The position numbers and the translations under genes are program-made. The notes beneath the pieces are model-generated. The model had not been told where the DNA came from. It searched no databases and saw only the letters and a list, made by a program, of their open reading frames with translations. From Lacrimispora sp. (GTDB lineage Bacteria > Bacillota > Clostridia > Lachnospirales > Lachnospiraceae), in assembly GCF_032064125.1 (NCBI RefSeq), contig NZ_DAMBNZ010000012.1: 64,000 bases of DNA; one strand, given 5' to 3'. Within the stretch, counting starts at the first letter, position 1. Every line of letters begins with the position of its first letter. Below are positions 28,737 to 37,700 of the stretch, in pieces.

Positions 28737-29870
28737 ATGCGATATGGAAAAAAGGTTACGGCTCTTTTATTGGCTGGACTTGTAGGAACCGCTTCACTGA
28801 TACCTGCCGGCACGGCATGGGCTGCTACCGGATGGGTTTCAGAGGGTTCTCAGTGGAAATACATCGACCAAGATGGGTCTATTCATAAAGGATGGGTCAA
28901 GACATCTGACGGCAAATTTTATTTTCTTGACCTTTCAACCGGCTTTATGGCGAGCGGCTGGAAGCAGATTAACGGAAACTGGTACTATTTTCACTCCAAT
29001 GGATCCATGGCAACAAAATGGATTCAAAATGGCGGGAAATATTATTATCTCATGGATGATACAGGAATCCTTGTAAAGGGTTGGCTTAAAATAGGCAATG
29101 ATTATTATTACATGAAGGGCGACGGCGCCATGGCTACTGGCTGGCGGGAAATGGACGGCGCCTGGTACTATTTTAAAGATGATGGGAAATGTGTCATTGG
29201 ATGGGGTCAGGTAAAAAATGACTGGTTCTATTTCGGCTCCGACGGCAAGATGATTACTGGCTGGAAACAGATTGATAATTCTTATTACTATCTCAATGGG
29301 GATTCCAAGTCTACTTTAGGCAAGATGATGACTGGGTGGCTCAGTGACGGCTCCAACAAGTATTATATGGATTCAAGCAATGGCAAGATGGCACATGGCT
29401 GGAAGCAGATTGAAGGTTCCTGGTACTATTTCAATGATTCCGGACACATGTCGACTGGGTGGATCCAACTTTCTAATGTTTATTATTATCTTGATCCTTC
29501 TACCGGTAAGATGGCTACAAATACTACTCTTACCATTGATGGAAAAAGTTATTCCTTTGCTTCTAATGGGGCGTATCAGAACAATAACGGAACTCCTTCT
29601 TCCTCAACTACAGGAGGAAATTCTTCTGGCTCCACTCCTAGCAATACAAATACAACGCCAGGAGGGACTAACAACTCAGGTTCTGGTTCTGGCTCTGGAG
29701 CTGGCGGACCGGGAGGGTCTTCTTCCGGAGGTGGTACAACGGGAAATAATTCTTTAAGCGGAACACCGGGCAGCACCTCAAATGACACACCTGGAGGCGG
29801 CTCCTCGAATTCTTCCAACAACGGCGGCGCATATCAACTGTCTCCTGGACTAACAACTGGTCCTGGCTGA
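28737..29870 (+). CDS. Secreted cell-wall-binding repeat protein with a ~100-aa G/S/T/N-rich low-complexity tail
   Basis: Signal peptide MRYGKKVTALLLAGLVGTASLIPAGTAWA. About 11 GW/WYY repeats, then the tail NNNGTPSSSTTGGNSSGS...GPG. Start at the ATG at 28737, after GGAGG. An extended -10 box TGcTATAAT lies at 28681-28689. Confidence 0.8.
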   Translation: MRYGKKVTALLLAGLVGTASLIPAGTAWAATGWVSEGSQWKYIDQDGSIHKGWVKTSDGKFYFLDLSTGFMASGWKQINGNWYYFHSNGSMATKWIQNGGKYYYLMDDTGILVKGWLKIGNDYYYMKGDGAMATGWREMDGAWYYFKDDGKCVIGWGQVKNDWFYFGSDGKMITGWKQIDNSYYYLNGDSKSTLGKMMTGWLSDGSNKYYMDSSNGKMAHGWKQIEGSWYYFNDSGHMSTGWIQLSNVYYYLDPSTGKMATNTTLTIDGKSYSFASNGAYQNNNGTPSSSTTGGNSSGSTPSNTNTTPGGTNNSGSGSGSGAGGPGGSSSGGGTTGNNSLSGTPGSTSNDTPGGGSSNSSNNGGAYQLSPGLTTGPG

Positions 29871-29891
29871 TTGGTCTGATTTAGTATCTGT

Positions 29892-29929
29892 GTGGGTATC
29901 TGCACCTCGGCGCAGATGCCCACTTTTTT
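29892..29929 (+). terminator. Rho-independent terminator
   Basis: Stem gtgggtatctgc / gcagatgcccac (one G-U pair) followed by TTTTTT, 22 nt after the stop at 29870. Confidence 0.65.
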
Positions 29930-29989
29930 GCATTTATTTCATAAACGTCACTGAATTACTAAAAGCACCAGCGATAAGGAGGTTTTGTT

Positions 29990-31813
29990 TTGAGACATAA
30001 AAAATTAATTATGCGGTTTGCCACAGCCACACTTTGCGCATTCATGGGGTTATCGGCCGGATTTTATCCTGCGATGAATTCCTGGGCAGCTAGCTATGAA
30101 CGAGTAAATGGTTCCTACCAGATGAAAGATGGCACTGTACTGGATCGGGTTATCGCAAGAGGTATTGATGTTTCCAGATGGCAAGGTAATATAGACTGGT
30201 CAGCTGTAGCTGCCAATGATGTGAATTTTGTAATGTTGGGTACCAGATCTAAAGGTGTAATTGATCCTAATTTTTACACCAATGTCAAGGGCGCTTCTGG
30301 TGCTGGTATTAAAGTAGGTGCATATATCTATTCACTGGCTACAACTCCTGATATGGCCAGGGAAGAGGCGGATTTTGTCCTGAATCTGGTTAAGGATTAT
30401 CCCATTTCTTTTCCCATCGCATTTGATGCAGAGGACAGCGCTACTCTTGGAAGTCTTCCTCCAAGCCAGGTCAGTGACATTATAAATGCATTTTGCGACC
30501 GGATTCAAGAAGCTGGATATTATCCAATTGTTTATGCCAACGATTACTGGCTGACCAATAAGATTGATTTATCTAAGATGAAGCGAGATGTTTGGGTTGC
30601 CCGTTATGAGGCTGTCCACAAATTTCAGGATCCTATTATGTGGCAGGTTACCAGTACCGGGTCCATTCAGGGCATCAATGGAAACGTGGATATTGATTTC
30701 CTTTATAAGGATTTGACTCCTAAACTTCCTGGAAACCTTTGGAGAACCATTGGTGGAAAAACTTATTACTACCAGAACTATTCGATCCAAAAGGACAGTT
30801 GGATTAACGATGGTACGGGGATGTTCTATATGAACGGAGAAGGGCAGGCAGCTACCGGTTGGCTCGATAAGGATAGTCAGCGGTATCACCTTGATGAAAC
30901 CTCTGGCCGCATGTCCACTGGTTGGAAGCAGCTTTCTGACAGATGGTATTTCTTTAATGGAAACGGTGTGATGAATACTGGCTGGCTTACAGATAATAAC
31001 TCCCGCTACTACTTAAACTCCGATGGTTCTATGGTTTCTGGCTGGTCAACCATTGATGGAAAACGGTATTACCTAAACGAATCTTCAGGTCAGATGGTAA
31101 CAGGCTGGAAGAGCTTAGACAACAAATGGTATCATCTTCAGGACGACGGTGTTATGTCTACTGGTTGGAAAGATCTTAACGGCAAAAGATACTATTTAAA
31201 TAATGATGGAGTTATGGCTACTGGCTGGTTTACAGAAGGAAATACAAAGTATTTCTTAGCTGACAGTGGTGCTGTTACGACTGGTTGGTCAAAGATGGGT
31301 GATACTTGGTATTACTTCAACCAAAACGGCGGTATGGCATCTGGCTGGACTAATGTGGATAATACCTGGTACTATCTGTCTAATGAAGGAAAGATGCAGA
31401 CTGGCTGGCTTGACGATAGAGGCACCAAATACTATCTAAGCACCTCTTCTGGTAAGATGACCGTTGGGTGGAGACAGATTGATGGATCATGGTATTACTT
31501 CAAAGAGGGCGGCAGCATGGCAACAGGCATGTCTCTGATCAATGGAGCACAGTATTATCTGAATCCTTCTGATGGAAAGATGGCAGTCTCTACTACATTT
31601 GATCTTAATGGAGTTTCTTATACTGCAGATTCTAATGGTGTATGTACCGTTACACCTCAAAGTAACCAGGACGCTCAGACTCCAGAATCTCAGGCATCGA
31701 CTGACCAGCCTGCCAATGGAAGCGGAACCAATCAAGCTTCCCAGGCGGAAACGACTGCGCCTGCTCAAAGCCCATCAAAGGCAGTTGGACCGGGTGTTGG
31801 ATTGTCTAAATAA
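29990..31813 (+). CDS. GH25 muramidase (lysozyme) with C-terminal cell-wall-binding repeats; autolysin-like
   Basis: GH25 N-terminal block RGIDVSRWQGNIDWSAVAANDVNFVMLGT and FPIAFDAED. About 13 CW_binding_1 repeats, then a Q/S/T/A/P-rich tail. TTG start after AAGGAGG; an alternative ATG lies at 30011. Confidence 0.85.
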   Translation: MRHKKLIMRFATATLCAFMGLSAGFYPAMNSWAASYERVNGSYQMKDGTVLDRVIARGIDVSRWQGNIDWSAVAANDVNFVMLGTRSKGVIDPNFYTNVKGASGAGIKVGAYIYSLATTPDMAREEADFVLNLVKDYPISFPIAFDAEDSATLGSLPPSQVSDIINAFCDRIQEAGYYPIVYANDYWLTNKIDLSKMKRDVWVARYEAVHKFQDPIMWQVTSTGSIQGINGNVDIDFLYKDLTPKLPGNLWRTIGGKTYYYQNYSIQKDSWINDGTGMFYMNGEGQAATGWLDKDSQRYHLDETSGRMSTGWKQLSDRWYFFNGNGVMNTGWLTDNNSRYYLNSDGSMVSGWSTIDGKRYYLNESSGQMVTGWKSLDNKWYHLQDDGVMSTGWKDLNGKRYYLNNDGVMATGWFTEGNTKYFLADSGAVTTGWSKMGDTWYYFNQNGGMASGWTNVDNTWYYLSNEGKMQTGWLDDRGTKYYLSTSSGKMTVGWRQIDGSWYYFKEGGSMATGMSLINGAQYYLNPSDGKMAVSTTFDLNGVSYTADSNGVCTVTPQSNQDAQTPESQASTDQPANGSGTNQASQAETTAPAQSPSKAVGPGVGLSK

Positions 31814-31900
31814 TTGAAACAGAGTGGATTCATGACGAATTCATATTGGTATCGAACGCATATTGATATATTTACATAACAACTGTTTTAATTACATACA

Positions 31901-31947
31901 AAAGAAACTCCTAAAGATTTATATGAATCTTCAGGAGTTTCTTTTTA
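31901..31947 (+). terminator. Rho-independent terminator
   Basis: Stem aaagaaactcctaaagatt / aatcttcaggagtttcttt (one mismatch) followed by a T run. Confidence 0.65.
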
Positions 31948-31950
31948 TAG

Positions 31951-32150
31951 TTGGTACGCTATATCTTTTTTTCGTTATATAACTTAGATTATTGGTTTGA
32001 ATTATATGGGTTGAGTTATCTTTTTTGAGATATATAGTTTGCGTTATGCCTTGAGCTATTTGGTTCGCGTTATATGGCTGGAGTTATATAATTGGAATGG
32101 GTTATAGCAATAGCCTAGGTTAGATCATTTGGCCCAGTTATATCAATGAC
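31951..32150. repeat. Degenerate tandem array with a GTTATA(T) core, about 10 units with 13-20 bp spacing
   Basis: Read directly from the sequence: cgctatatc, cgttatataac, gaattatatggg, gagttatc, gcgttatgcc, gagctatttgg, gcgttatatggc, gagttatataattgg, gggttatagc, cagttatatc. It lies between convergent genes and runs into the stop codon of the 32143 gene. Confidence 0.4.
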
Positions 32151-33090
32151 CTATTTGCTCTTCCACATTTTTCGTTTCGCCTACAATATAAATAGGCCTA
32201 TCTTTTAACTCCGCAAATAAAATAGCAATATAATTCCCAATCACACCTACAATCAGGAAAAGCACCGCGAACATGAAGCAAATCAACACAATGGTGGTGG
32301 CGTAGCCATTGGGAGTCCCCACTCTGGCCCAGCTCCATATGGTGTAGATCATCATACCCAATCCCAGGATTCCTGCACCGCAGCCAGCGTAAATGCCAAG
32401 CTTAAGAGGAAGGTTTGAAAAACACATGATGGTGTTTAAGGAAAATGCAATTAGCTTTTTGATACTGTACTTACTTTCCCCTGCCACTCTCACTCTGGCT
32501 TCATATTCAATGGTAGTTCGGCGAAAGCCGATGTTTTGAACATAACCCCTGAGAAAACGCACCTTTTCTCTGTAATTGTCCTTTAACACCTTTCCAGCTT
32601 TCTTTGATATGGCAAAAAAGTCGGAGGCATTTGGCTCGAATTTCACATCGGAAAGGACATTGATGATATGATAAAAAGCAGATGATGCAAGATTTTTAAA
32701 CCAACCTGCAGATTCATTCTTGGTACGGACCATGTTTATGACATCGTATCCTTCCATAAACTTTGCTACAATTTCAGGCAGATACTCCGGAGGGTGCTGT
32801 AAATCTGCGTCCATACAGACGATTCCATCACCCTTACTGTAATCCAGCCCTGCGACCATAGCAGCTTCATGACCAAAGTTTCTGGAGAAGCTGATGACTT
32901 TTACTTTTTTGTCCTGATCTGATATGCGGGATAGGACATTCATCGTATCGTCCTGGCTTCCGTCATTGACAAAAATAAGTTCATAATCCCAGTCAAGTTG
33001 TTTTAGAATCTTGGACGTTTCCTCATAAAACTGACTGAGAGCCAGTTCTTCATTATAACATGAGACTACGACAGATAGTGTTTTTTCCAT
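32143..33090 (-). CDS. Polyprenyl-phosphate sugar synthase, GT2 (GtrB/CsbB/ArnC-like)
   Basis: LSVVVSCYNEELAL, FVNDGSQDDT and MDADLQHPP motifs. Two C-terminal TM helices, the classic GtrB/CsbB architecture. Confidence 0.8.
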   Translation of the reverse strand: MEKTLSVVVSCYNEELALSQFYEETSKILKQLDWDYELIFVNDGSQDDTMNVLSRISDQDKKVKVISFSRNFGHEAAMVAGLDYSKGDGIVCMDADLQHPPEYLPEIVAKFMEGYDVINMVRTKNESAGWFKNLASSAFYHIINVLSDVKFEPNASDFFAISKKAGKVLKDNYREKVRFLRGYVQNIGFRRTTIEYEARVRVAGESKYSIKKLIAFSLNTIMCFSNLPLKLGIYAGCGAGILGLGMMIYTIWSWARVGTPNGYATTIVLICFMFAVLFLIVGVIGNYIAILFAELKDRPIYIVGETKNVEEQIGH

Positions 33091-33143
33091 AATTTATGCT
33101 CCTCAGGCAGATATCTTCTTACTTCTATGGAGAAGCTGCCTCG

Positions 33144-34529
33144 TTAATTTTTCTCTTTTCCATTGGACCCAAAGACGCTGTACTCATTTTCTTTTAGTAT
33201 GGTAAGCGCACTGCGTACTTTGGCACCACTGTCTTCCCGAGTGGGTCTATATTCAAATTCTGCCCGAAGTTCATCATCTGATAGATTCTCAAAATTACGG
33301 GCCAGCTCCACTCTCTTTTCATAATTTTCCAGGCGGTTGGGAGCTTTTCTAATCTCAATGTATGTGGTGTAACTATTTCCAATCAAAAATACCACAAATG
33401 CTACAGCTGCGGTGAACCGTACAAGGGAATTCGTTCTTCTTTTCCGACCATGTAAAATCAGGGCAAAGGTAAGCAGGATTCCTAGAATTCCAGTCTGAAA
33501 CTGCAAGGCGTATCTAGAGCTTATTCCGTAATTTTCTAGCAGGAATATCCATCTGGACATTACGATTAGTATATGGTTTAGTCCACCGGATACTATGAGG
33601 ATAAGTGGAAATATCGTCTTCTCATAGAGACGGAATTTGAAATTGTACCATATGGCAATCAGATACAGGAGTATGACTAGGAAACCAAGGATCATGAAAG
33701 GCAGATTTGTATGAAATAACTTCTCTGCACTCTCTCCTCCTATGACCATGGAAGAGAATGATTTTACAAAGAAACGGACGAAAAATCCAGGGGTTTCCTT
33801 TAATTGATCAAACAAGGATCCTGTGACTGGGGTCGCATGGTCTTCTATGGCATAGGAATTGCTCCAAAGGTACAAGCCCAGGGAAATCAAGGCACTTATG
33901 CCATACAGACAGTAGTTCCCCTTTCCCCTTCCCTTTTTTAACAGAAACAAAAAACCACACACCAGAATCACTGTGACTGAATAGATAGCACAGTAGGGAC
34001 CAGCCACCAAAAGTGTGGTGGCGAAAGGAAGAATTACAAGTCTTAGTTTATCATAAGGCTTTTCCTCTCCGCTCCAAACCCGGTCTAAAATCTCATAGTG
34101 GTAATAAAAACACACAAAGGACAGGAAATGGGTCCAACCGCTTCCATTGGTCAGCATCTCCCATTTGTTTAAGCTGAAAAGAACTACTAAGAGAATTGAA
34201 TACCAAAGTAGCGGGATCTTTCTTCTCAAACAGTAGGCACCTATCACTCCACCGGATAATCCCAGGGCAAGGACGCCTAGCACCCGGTCAAACATGGTGT
34301 TATAACCAAACAGATATATATTTATAATTCTCCCCAGATAGTTGACCGGTATTCGAGTTAAGATATCGGGAACAAAAAACTTAGAAGGATTCCATACATC
34401 AGGCAAGTAGCTATTTACCAGGCGGATATAATCGGAATAAATCCCATCACAAGTGGCTGAAAAGATGTACCATAGGCCAAATATAGTTCCTAAGAGGGGA
34501 AGGAGATAATACAGATATTTTCGCTTCAT
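33144..34529 (-). CDS. Polytopic membrane protein of unknown function (possible glycan-modifying partner of the GtrB-like enzyme)
   Basis: 461 aa with about 11 TM segments and a hydrophilic ~80-aa C-terminal tail. Tightly packed between the GT-C-like and GtrB-like genes. Confidence 0.45.
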   Translation of the reverse strand: MKRKYLYYLLPLLGTIFGLWYIFSATCDGIYSDYIRLVNSYLPDVWNPSKFFVPDILTRIPVNYLGRIINIYLFGYNTMFDRVLGVLALGLSGGVIGAYCLRRKIPLLWYSILLVVLFSLNKWEMLTNGSGWTHFLSFVCFYYHYEILDRVWSGEEKPYDKLRLVILPFATTLLVAGPYCAIYSVTVILVCGFLFLLKKGRGKGNYCLYGISALISLGLYLWSNSYAIEDHATPVTGSLFDQLKETPGFFVRFFVKSFSSMVIGGESAEKLFHTNLPFMILGFLVILLYLIAIWYNFKFRLYEKTIFPLILIVSGGLNHILIVMSRWIFLLENYGISSRYALQFQTGILGILLTFALILHGRKRRTNSLVRFTAAVAFVVFLIGNSYTTYIEIRKAPNRLENYEKRVELARNFENLSDDELRAEFEYRPTREDSGAKVRSALTILKENEYSVFGSNGKEKN

Positions 34530-34544
34530 ACTTCACCTTGCCTC

Positions 34545-36377
34545 TTAATTTGATGTGATGTCAGCTACGACGGAAAGACGTTTTTCTCCCCTTTGTTCCG
34601 TAGCTGCGTCATAGAAAAAGTTACTTTCAAGGGAGAACTCGGAGATCTGAGTAGGAGTCACGTCAAATTCTGCTGTCACAGTGCTGGCGTCGATTGGTAT
34701 GACTCTCTGCTCGCTTCCATTGACTGTAACGATGATGTGTTCCAAACCAGTGATCACTCCAGGATAATAAAACTTAAAGGTTATCTTGCCTTCTTTTCCA
34801 GCCATGATCCTTGCTTTCGCACTTTCATCAAGCCAGCCGTCCTCATAGCTGCCGTATACTCTCTCAAACTTTAAGTTACGTAGGAAATCCGTGATGTCCT
34901 GGAAGGCATTGTTGGTCGGATCTTCTCTTAAAACCAGCATGTTTGGCGTAATGAGTCCAATGGAACTCATGGAATCTATGAACGTGACTGTCATTCCTTC
35001 CGCAGTCCTTTTTTTATCAAAGGTCTTGAAAAAGGTGTTGGCTGTAAAGTCACTCATCTTATAAGTATTGCCAATGATGTATACTTTCTTACTAAAAAGC
35101 TTTTCCTTATAGTTTCCGTAGGTTTCTTCTGCCAGAGAATTGTACCGAAGCTGATTGGACCAGTAATACAGGTTGTCGTATTTACCACGGTAGAAATTTT
35201 CCACAGGAAACATGAGCATGGTATAAAGGAGAAAAAGGCCGCAGTATAAAAGAGGTTTTGATAAGTTTGCTCTTGCTTCTTTTGTGGGTACGGTTACTCC
35301 ACACATGTAAGTTGCAAACAGCCAGGCTGCCGTCATTGAGACATAGATCCACCGGGTCTCGACTCTTATGGTGACACTGGAGGAACCAATACACAGGGCA
35401 ATAAATAGTAAAAATAAACCTATCACCTTGAAACGGAGCTTGCGTTCCTTTTTTTCTTTCACTACAACACCAATAAATACCAGAGTCATGACCAAAAGCA
35501 TAAGGGCTGAGGCCAGTACAAGTACCCGAACCCAGGCTAGAGATGCTTCCCAACTTAAACCACTTAAATGATCCGGGCCTGCATTGACACCAAAGATATA
35601 GAGGACCTGACTTACGGCGTACTTTAAAACACCAGTTATTTTAAAGGTTTCTGCCACAGTGGTTCCTCCGGTTCCTGCCGGTGAAATACTGCCAATGGTG
35701 AAAAATCGAATTGCCTGGACTGCCAAAAAGGAGAGAGTAATTAGAATCCATGAAGATTTCTTTCGTTCCCTTTTCATCAGGTAAGCCACATAGAAAAGAG
35801 GCAGAAGTACCATATACCGTTCATGAATAAAGCAGATGGCAAAATACAGGCCAACGGCAAAAGGAATGAGACCCTTTCCTTCTTTTTCCTCCGTGATATA
35901 CCGATACAGGCAATAAAGAATACCAATTGCAGCCCAAAGAGCAAGGCTCTCCATAAGGCCGTATACCTGGCTGATCTGGTAGTAGGACATGCGGGATAAT
36001 AGATACAAAATTCCGGTTAAAAATCCCATGGACCATCGTCCTGACAAACGTTTGCCAAACCGATATACGGTAAAGGCTATACAGACATTAATCAGTATAT
36101 TAATTGGCACGAACCAGCCGATATGATTGCCGACGATCATCAGTTGCAGCCAGGATGCCAGATTAAATATGAAACGAAACCGGGTACTTCCTAAAGGGAA
36201 GACAAATTCCCGAAATGATTGTTCGCCGTAGCAGGACCATAGGTAAAGGTCATCCATATAGAGCCCTTTTATTTCAATTCCTCTGTTAATGAAGAAAGCA
36301 AAGGCCAGCAAAAGTACGGCAGCGATGACTTCATCTTTCCATGCGGCTTCCTTGCCTATCCATTGTCTGTCTTTCAT
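34545..36377 (-). CDS. GT-C-like membrane glycosyltransferase with a ~190-aa soluble C-terminal domain
   Basis: About 12 TM segments. A YMDDLYLW acidic motif sits in the first loop, the usual position of the GT-C DxD-like motif. The beta-rich C-terminal domain spans aa ~420-610. RBS AGGAGGA upstream. Confidence 0.55.
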   Translation of the reverse strand: MKDRQWIGKEAAWKDEVIAAVLLLAFAFFINRGIEIKGLYMDDLYLWSCYGEQSFREFVFPLGSTRFRFIFNLASWLQLMIVGNHIGWFVPINILINVCIAFTVYRFGKRLSGRWSMGFLTGILYLLSRMSYYQISQVYGLMESLALWAAIGILYCLYRYITEEKEGKGLIPFAVGLYFAICFIHERYMVLLPLFYVAYLMKRERKKSSWILITLSFLAVQAIRFFTIGSISPAGTGGTTVAETFKITGVLKYAVSQVLYIFGVNAGPDHLSGLSWEASLAWVRVLVLASALMLLVMTLVFIGVVVKEKKERKLRFKVIGLFLLFIALCIGSSSVTIRVETRWIYVSMTAAWLFATYMCGVTVPTKEARANLSKPLLYCGLFLLYTMLMFPVENFYRGKYDNLYYWSNQLRYNSLAEETYGNYKEKLFSKKVYIIGNTYKMSDFTANTFFKTFDKKRTAEGMTVTFIDSMSSIGLITPNMLVLREDPTNNAFQDITDFLRNLKFERVYGSYEDGWLDESAKARIMAGKEGKITFKFYYPGVITGLEHIIVTVNGSEQRVIPIDASTVTAEFDVTPTQISEFSLESNFFYDAATEQRGEKRLSVVADITSN

Positions 36378-36408
36378 CTTATCCTCCTGTGATTTGCTTC
36401 ACTTACGC

Positions 36409-36445
36409 AAAAATCCGGGGTATGAGGGAATCTCCCCCCTACCCC
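36409..36445 (-). terminator. Terminator-like GC-rich hairpin plus T run between gmhA and the GT-C-like gene
   Basis: On the minus strand, ggggtaggggggagattccctcataccccgg is followed by attttt. Only ~30 nt remain before the next start codon, so it may act as a partial terminator or attenuator. Confidence 0.4.
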
Positions 36446-36452
36446 TTTCATT

Positions 36453-37088
36453 TTAAAAGAACCGTTCTTCCAGCATCAGACAAAGGGCGTGATATACCGG
36501 GAGGTGGAGTTCCTGGATCTTAAAGGTCTCTGTCTCCGGTACTACTATGGTTACGTCGGCTGCGTGTTTTAGCTGACCTCCGTCTTTACCAGTCAGTCCT
36601 ATGGTTTTCATACCAAGAGCCTTTGCGGCGGTCATGGCATACATTACATTTTTAGAGTTTCCTGAGGTGGAGATACCAAGAAGTACATCTCCCTTTTTTC
36701 CGTATCCATAGGTCTGCTGGGCAAATATCATCTCACCATCTACATCGTTTAAAAAGGCGGTGGACAGACCTGGATGTCCCGTTAGGGCTATGGCAGGAAG
36801 ACCGCCCTGAAGTTTTTGTCCAAGGGCACTTCCAAGCTCTGGATCGATCGCTTTTAAGGCTTCCTTAAATTCATCAGAAACGCTGCGGCGCTTTACAAAG
36901 CCCTTCATCAGCTCTCCAACGATATGTTCAGCATCGGCACAGCTACCACCGTTTCCAGCGATGAGCAGCTTACCACCATTTTCATAACAGGCTTCTAATA
37001 GCTCATAGGATTTTTTGATTTCTTCCTTTACACTAGAAAGAACAGGGTAGCGCTCGATCAGCTCTTCTAAGTATTTCATAGGTTCCAT
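36453..37088 (-). CDS. gmhA: D-sedoheptulose-7-phosphate isomerase (SIS domain)
   Basis: GGKLLIAGNGGSCADAEH and GISTSGNSKNV blocks typical of GmhA. Start moved to the ATG at 37088 (RBS GGGAGGG); the longer ORF in the track overlaps gmhB. Confidence 0.85.
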   Translation of the reverse strand: MEPMKYLEELIERYPVLSSVKEEIKKSYELLEACYENGGKLLIAGNGGSCADAEHIVGELMKGFVKRRSVSDEFKEALKAIDPELGSALGQKLQGGLPAIALTGHPGLSTAFLNDVDGEMIFAQQTYGYGKKGDVLLGISTSGNSKNVMYAMTAAKALGMKTIGLTGKDGGQLKHAADVTIVVPETETFKIQELHLPVYHALCLMLEERFF

Positions 37089-37089
37089 G

Positions 37090-37671
37090 TTATTTCCCTC
37101 CCTCTTTGGCGAGTATAAAATCAACCGCTTCATCCATAGATGGGGCATAATGAGCAAATTTCACTGACTTCTCTGCCTCACTCATGGATTCATATATGTC
37201 TTTTCCGTAACCTGTTCCAACCAATATAGAACTAAGCCCATATCGGTTTCCAGCTTCCGTATCCAGAAGTTTATCACCGATCATATAGGAATGTGCTTTA
37301 TCTGGGGCGTAAAAGGACTCAGCCATCTCAAACATCCCAGTTTCCGGTTTCCTACAGTGGCAATCCTTTTTATACTCCATAATCCCGTGTACCGGGTGAT
37401 GAGGACAGTAGAAAAAGTGGTCAATTGTGGCGCCTTCCTTTGAAAGTCGTTCATTTAATGCTTCATGGAGAGCGATGACATCTTCTTCTTTGTAATATCC
37501 TCTTGCAACTCCGGCCTGATTGGTGACCACAACAAGGCGAAAGCCATGTTCCTTTAAACGTCTTAAGGCTTCTGACACCCCTGGAAGTATAACAAGGTCT
37601 TCAGGGCGATATAAGTAATCCACTTCTTTGTTGATGGTACCATCCCGGTCTAAATATACGATTTTATCCAT
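37090..37671 (-). CDS. gmhB: D-glycero-D-manno-heptose 1,7-bisphosphate phosphatase (HAD superfamily)
   Basis: HAD motif I YLDRDGTIN. VVVTNQAGVARGYY block and a zinc-finger-like CPHHP...CHCRKP, as in GmhB. Confidence 0.85.
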   Translation of the reverse strand: MDKIVYLDRDGTINKEVDYLYRPEDLVILPGVSEALRRLKEHGFRLVVVTNQAGVARGYYKEEDVIALHEALNERLSKEGATIDHFFYCPHHPVHGIMEYKKDCHCRKPETGMFEMAESFYAPDKAHSYMIGDKLLDTEAGNRYGLSSILVGTGYGKDIYESMSEAEKSVKFAHYAPSMDEAVDFILAKEGGK

Positions 37672-37700
37672 AATGTTCTGATTCTCCTGGTGCCGTGTAC

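Noticed and set aside
28577-28888. ORFs 28577-28813 (-) and 28634-28888 (+) in the licCA/CWB intergenic region.
   Set aside because: They overlap the promoter/RBS region and the true start at 28737, and have no RBS or recognisable motif.
29344-29856. ORFs 29344-29757 (+), 29576-29821 (-) and 29668-29856 (-) overlapping the 3' end of the CWB-repeat gene.
   Set aside because: They arise because the G/S/T/N low-complexity coding repeat is stop-free in several frames. The signal-peptide-bearing frame (28737-29870) explains the region.
31951-32150. Possibility that the GTTATA(T) array is a CRISPR array.
   Set aside because: The units are only ~7-12 nt, degenerate and irregularly spaced, with no 25-40 nt repeat/spacer structure. 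No cas genes are present in the window.
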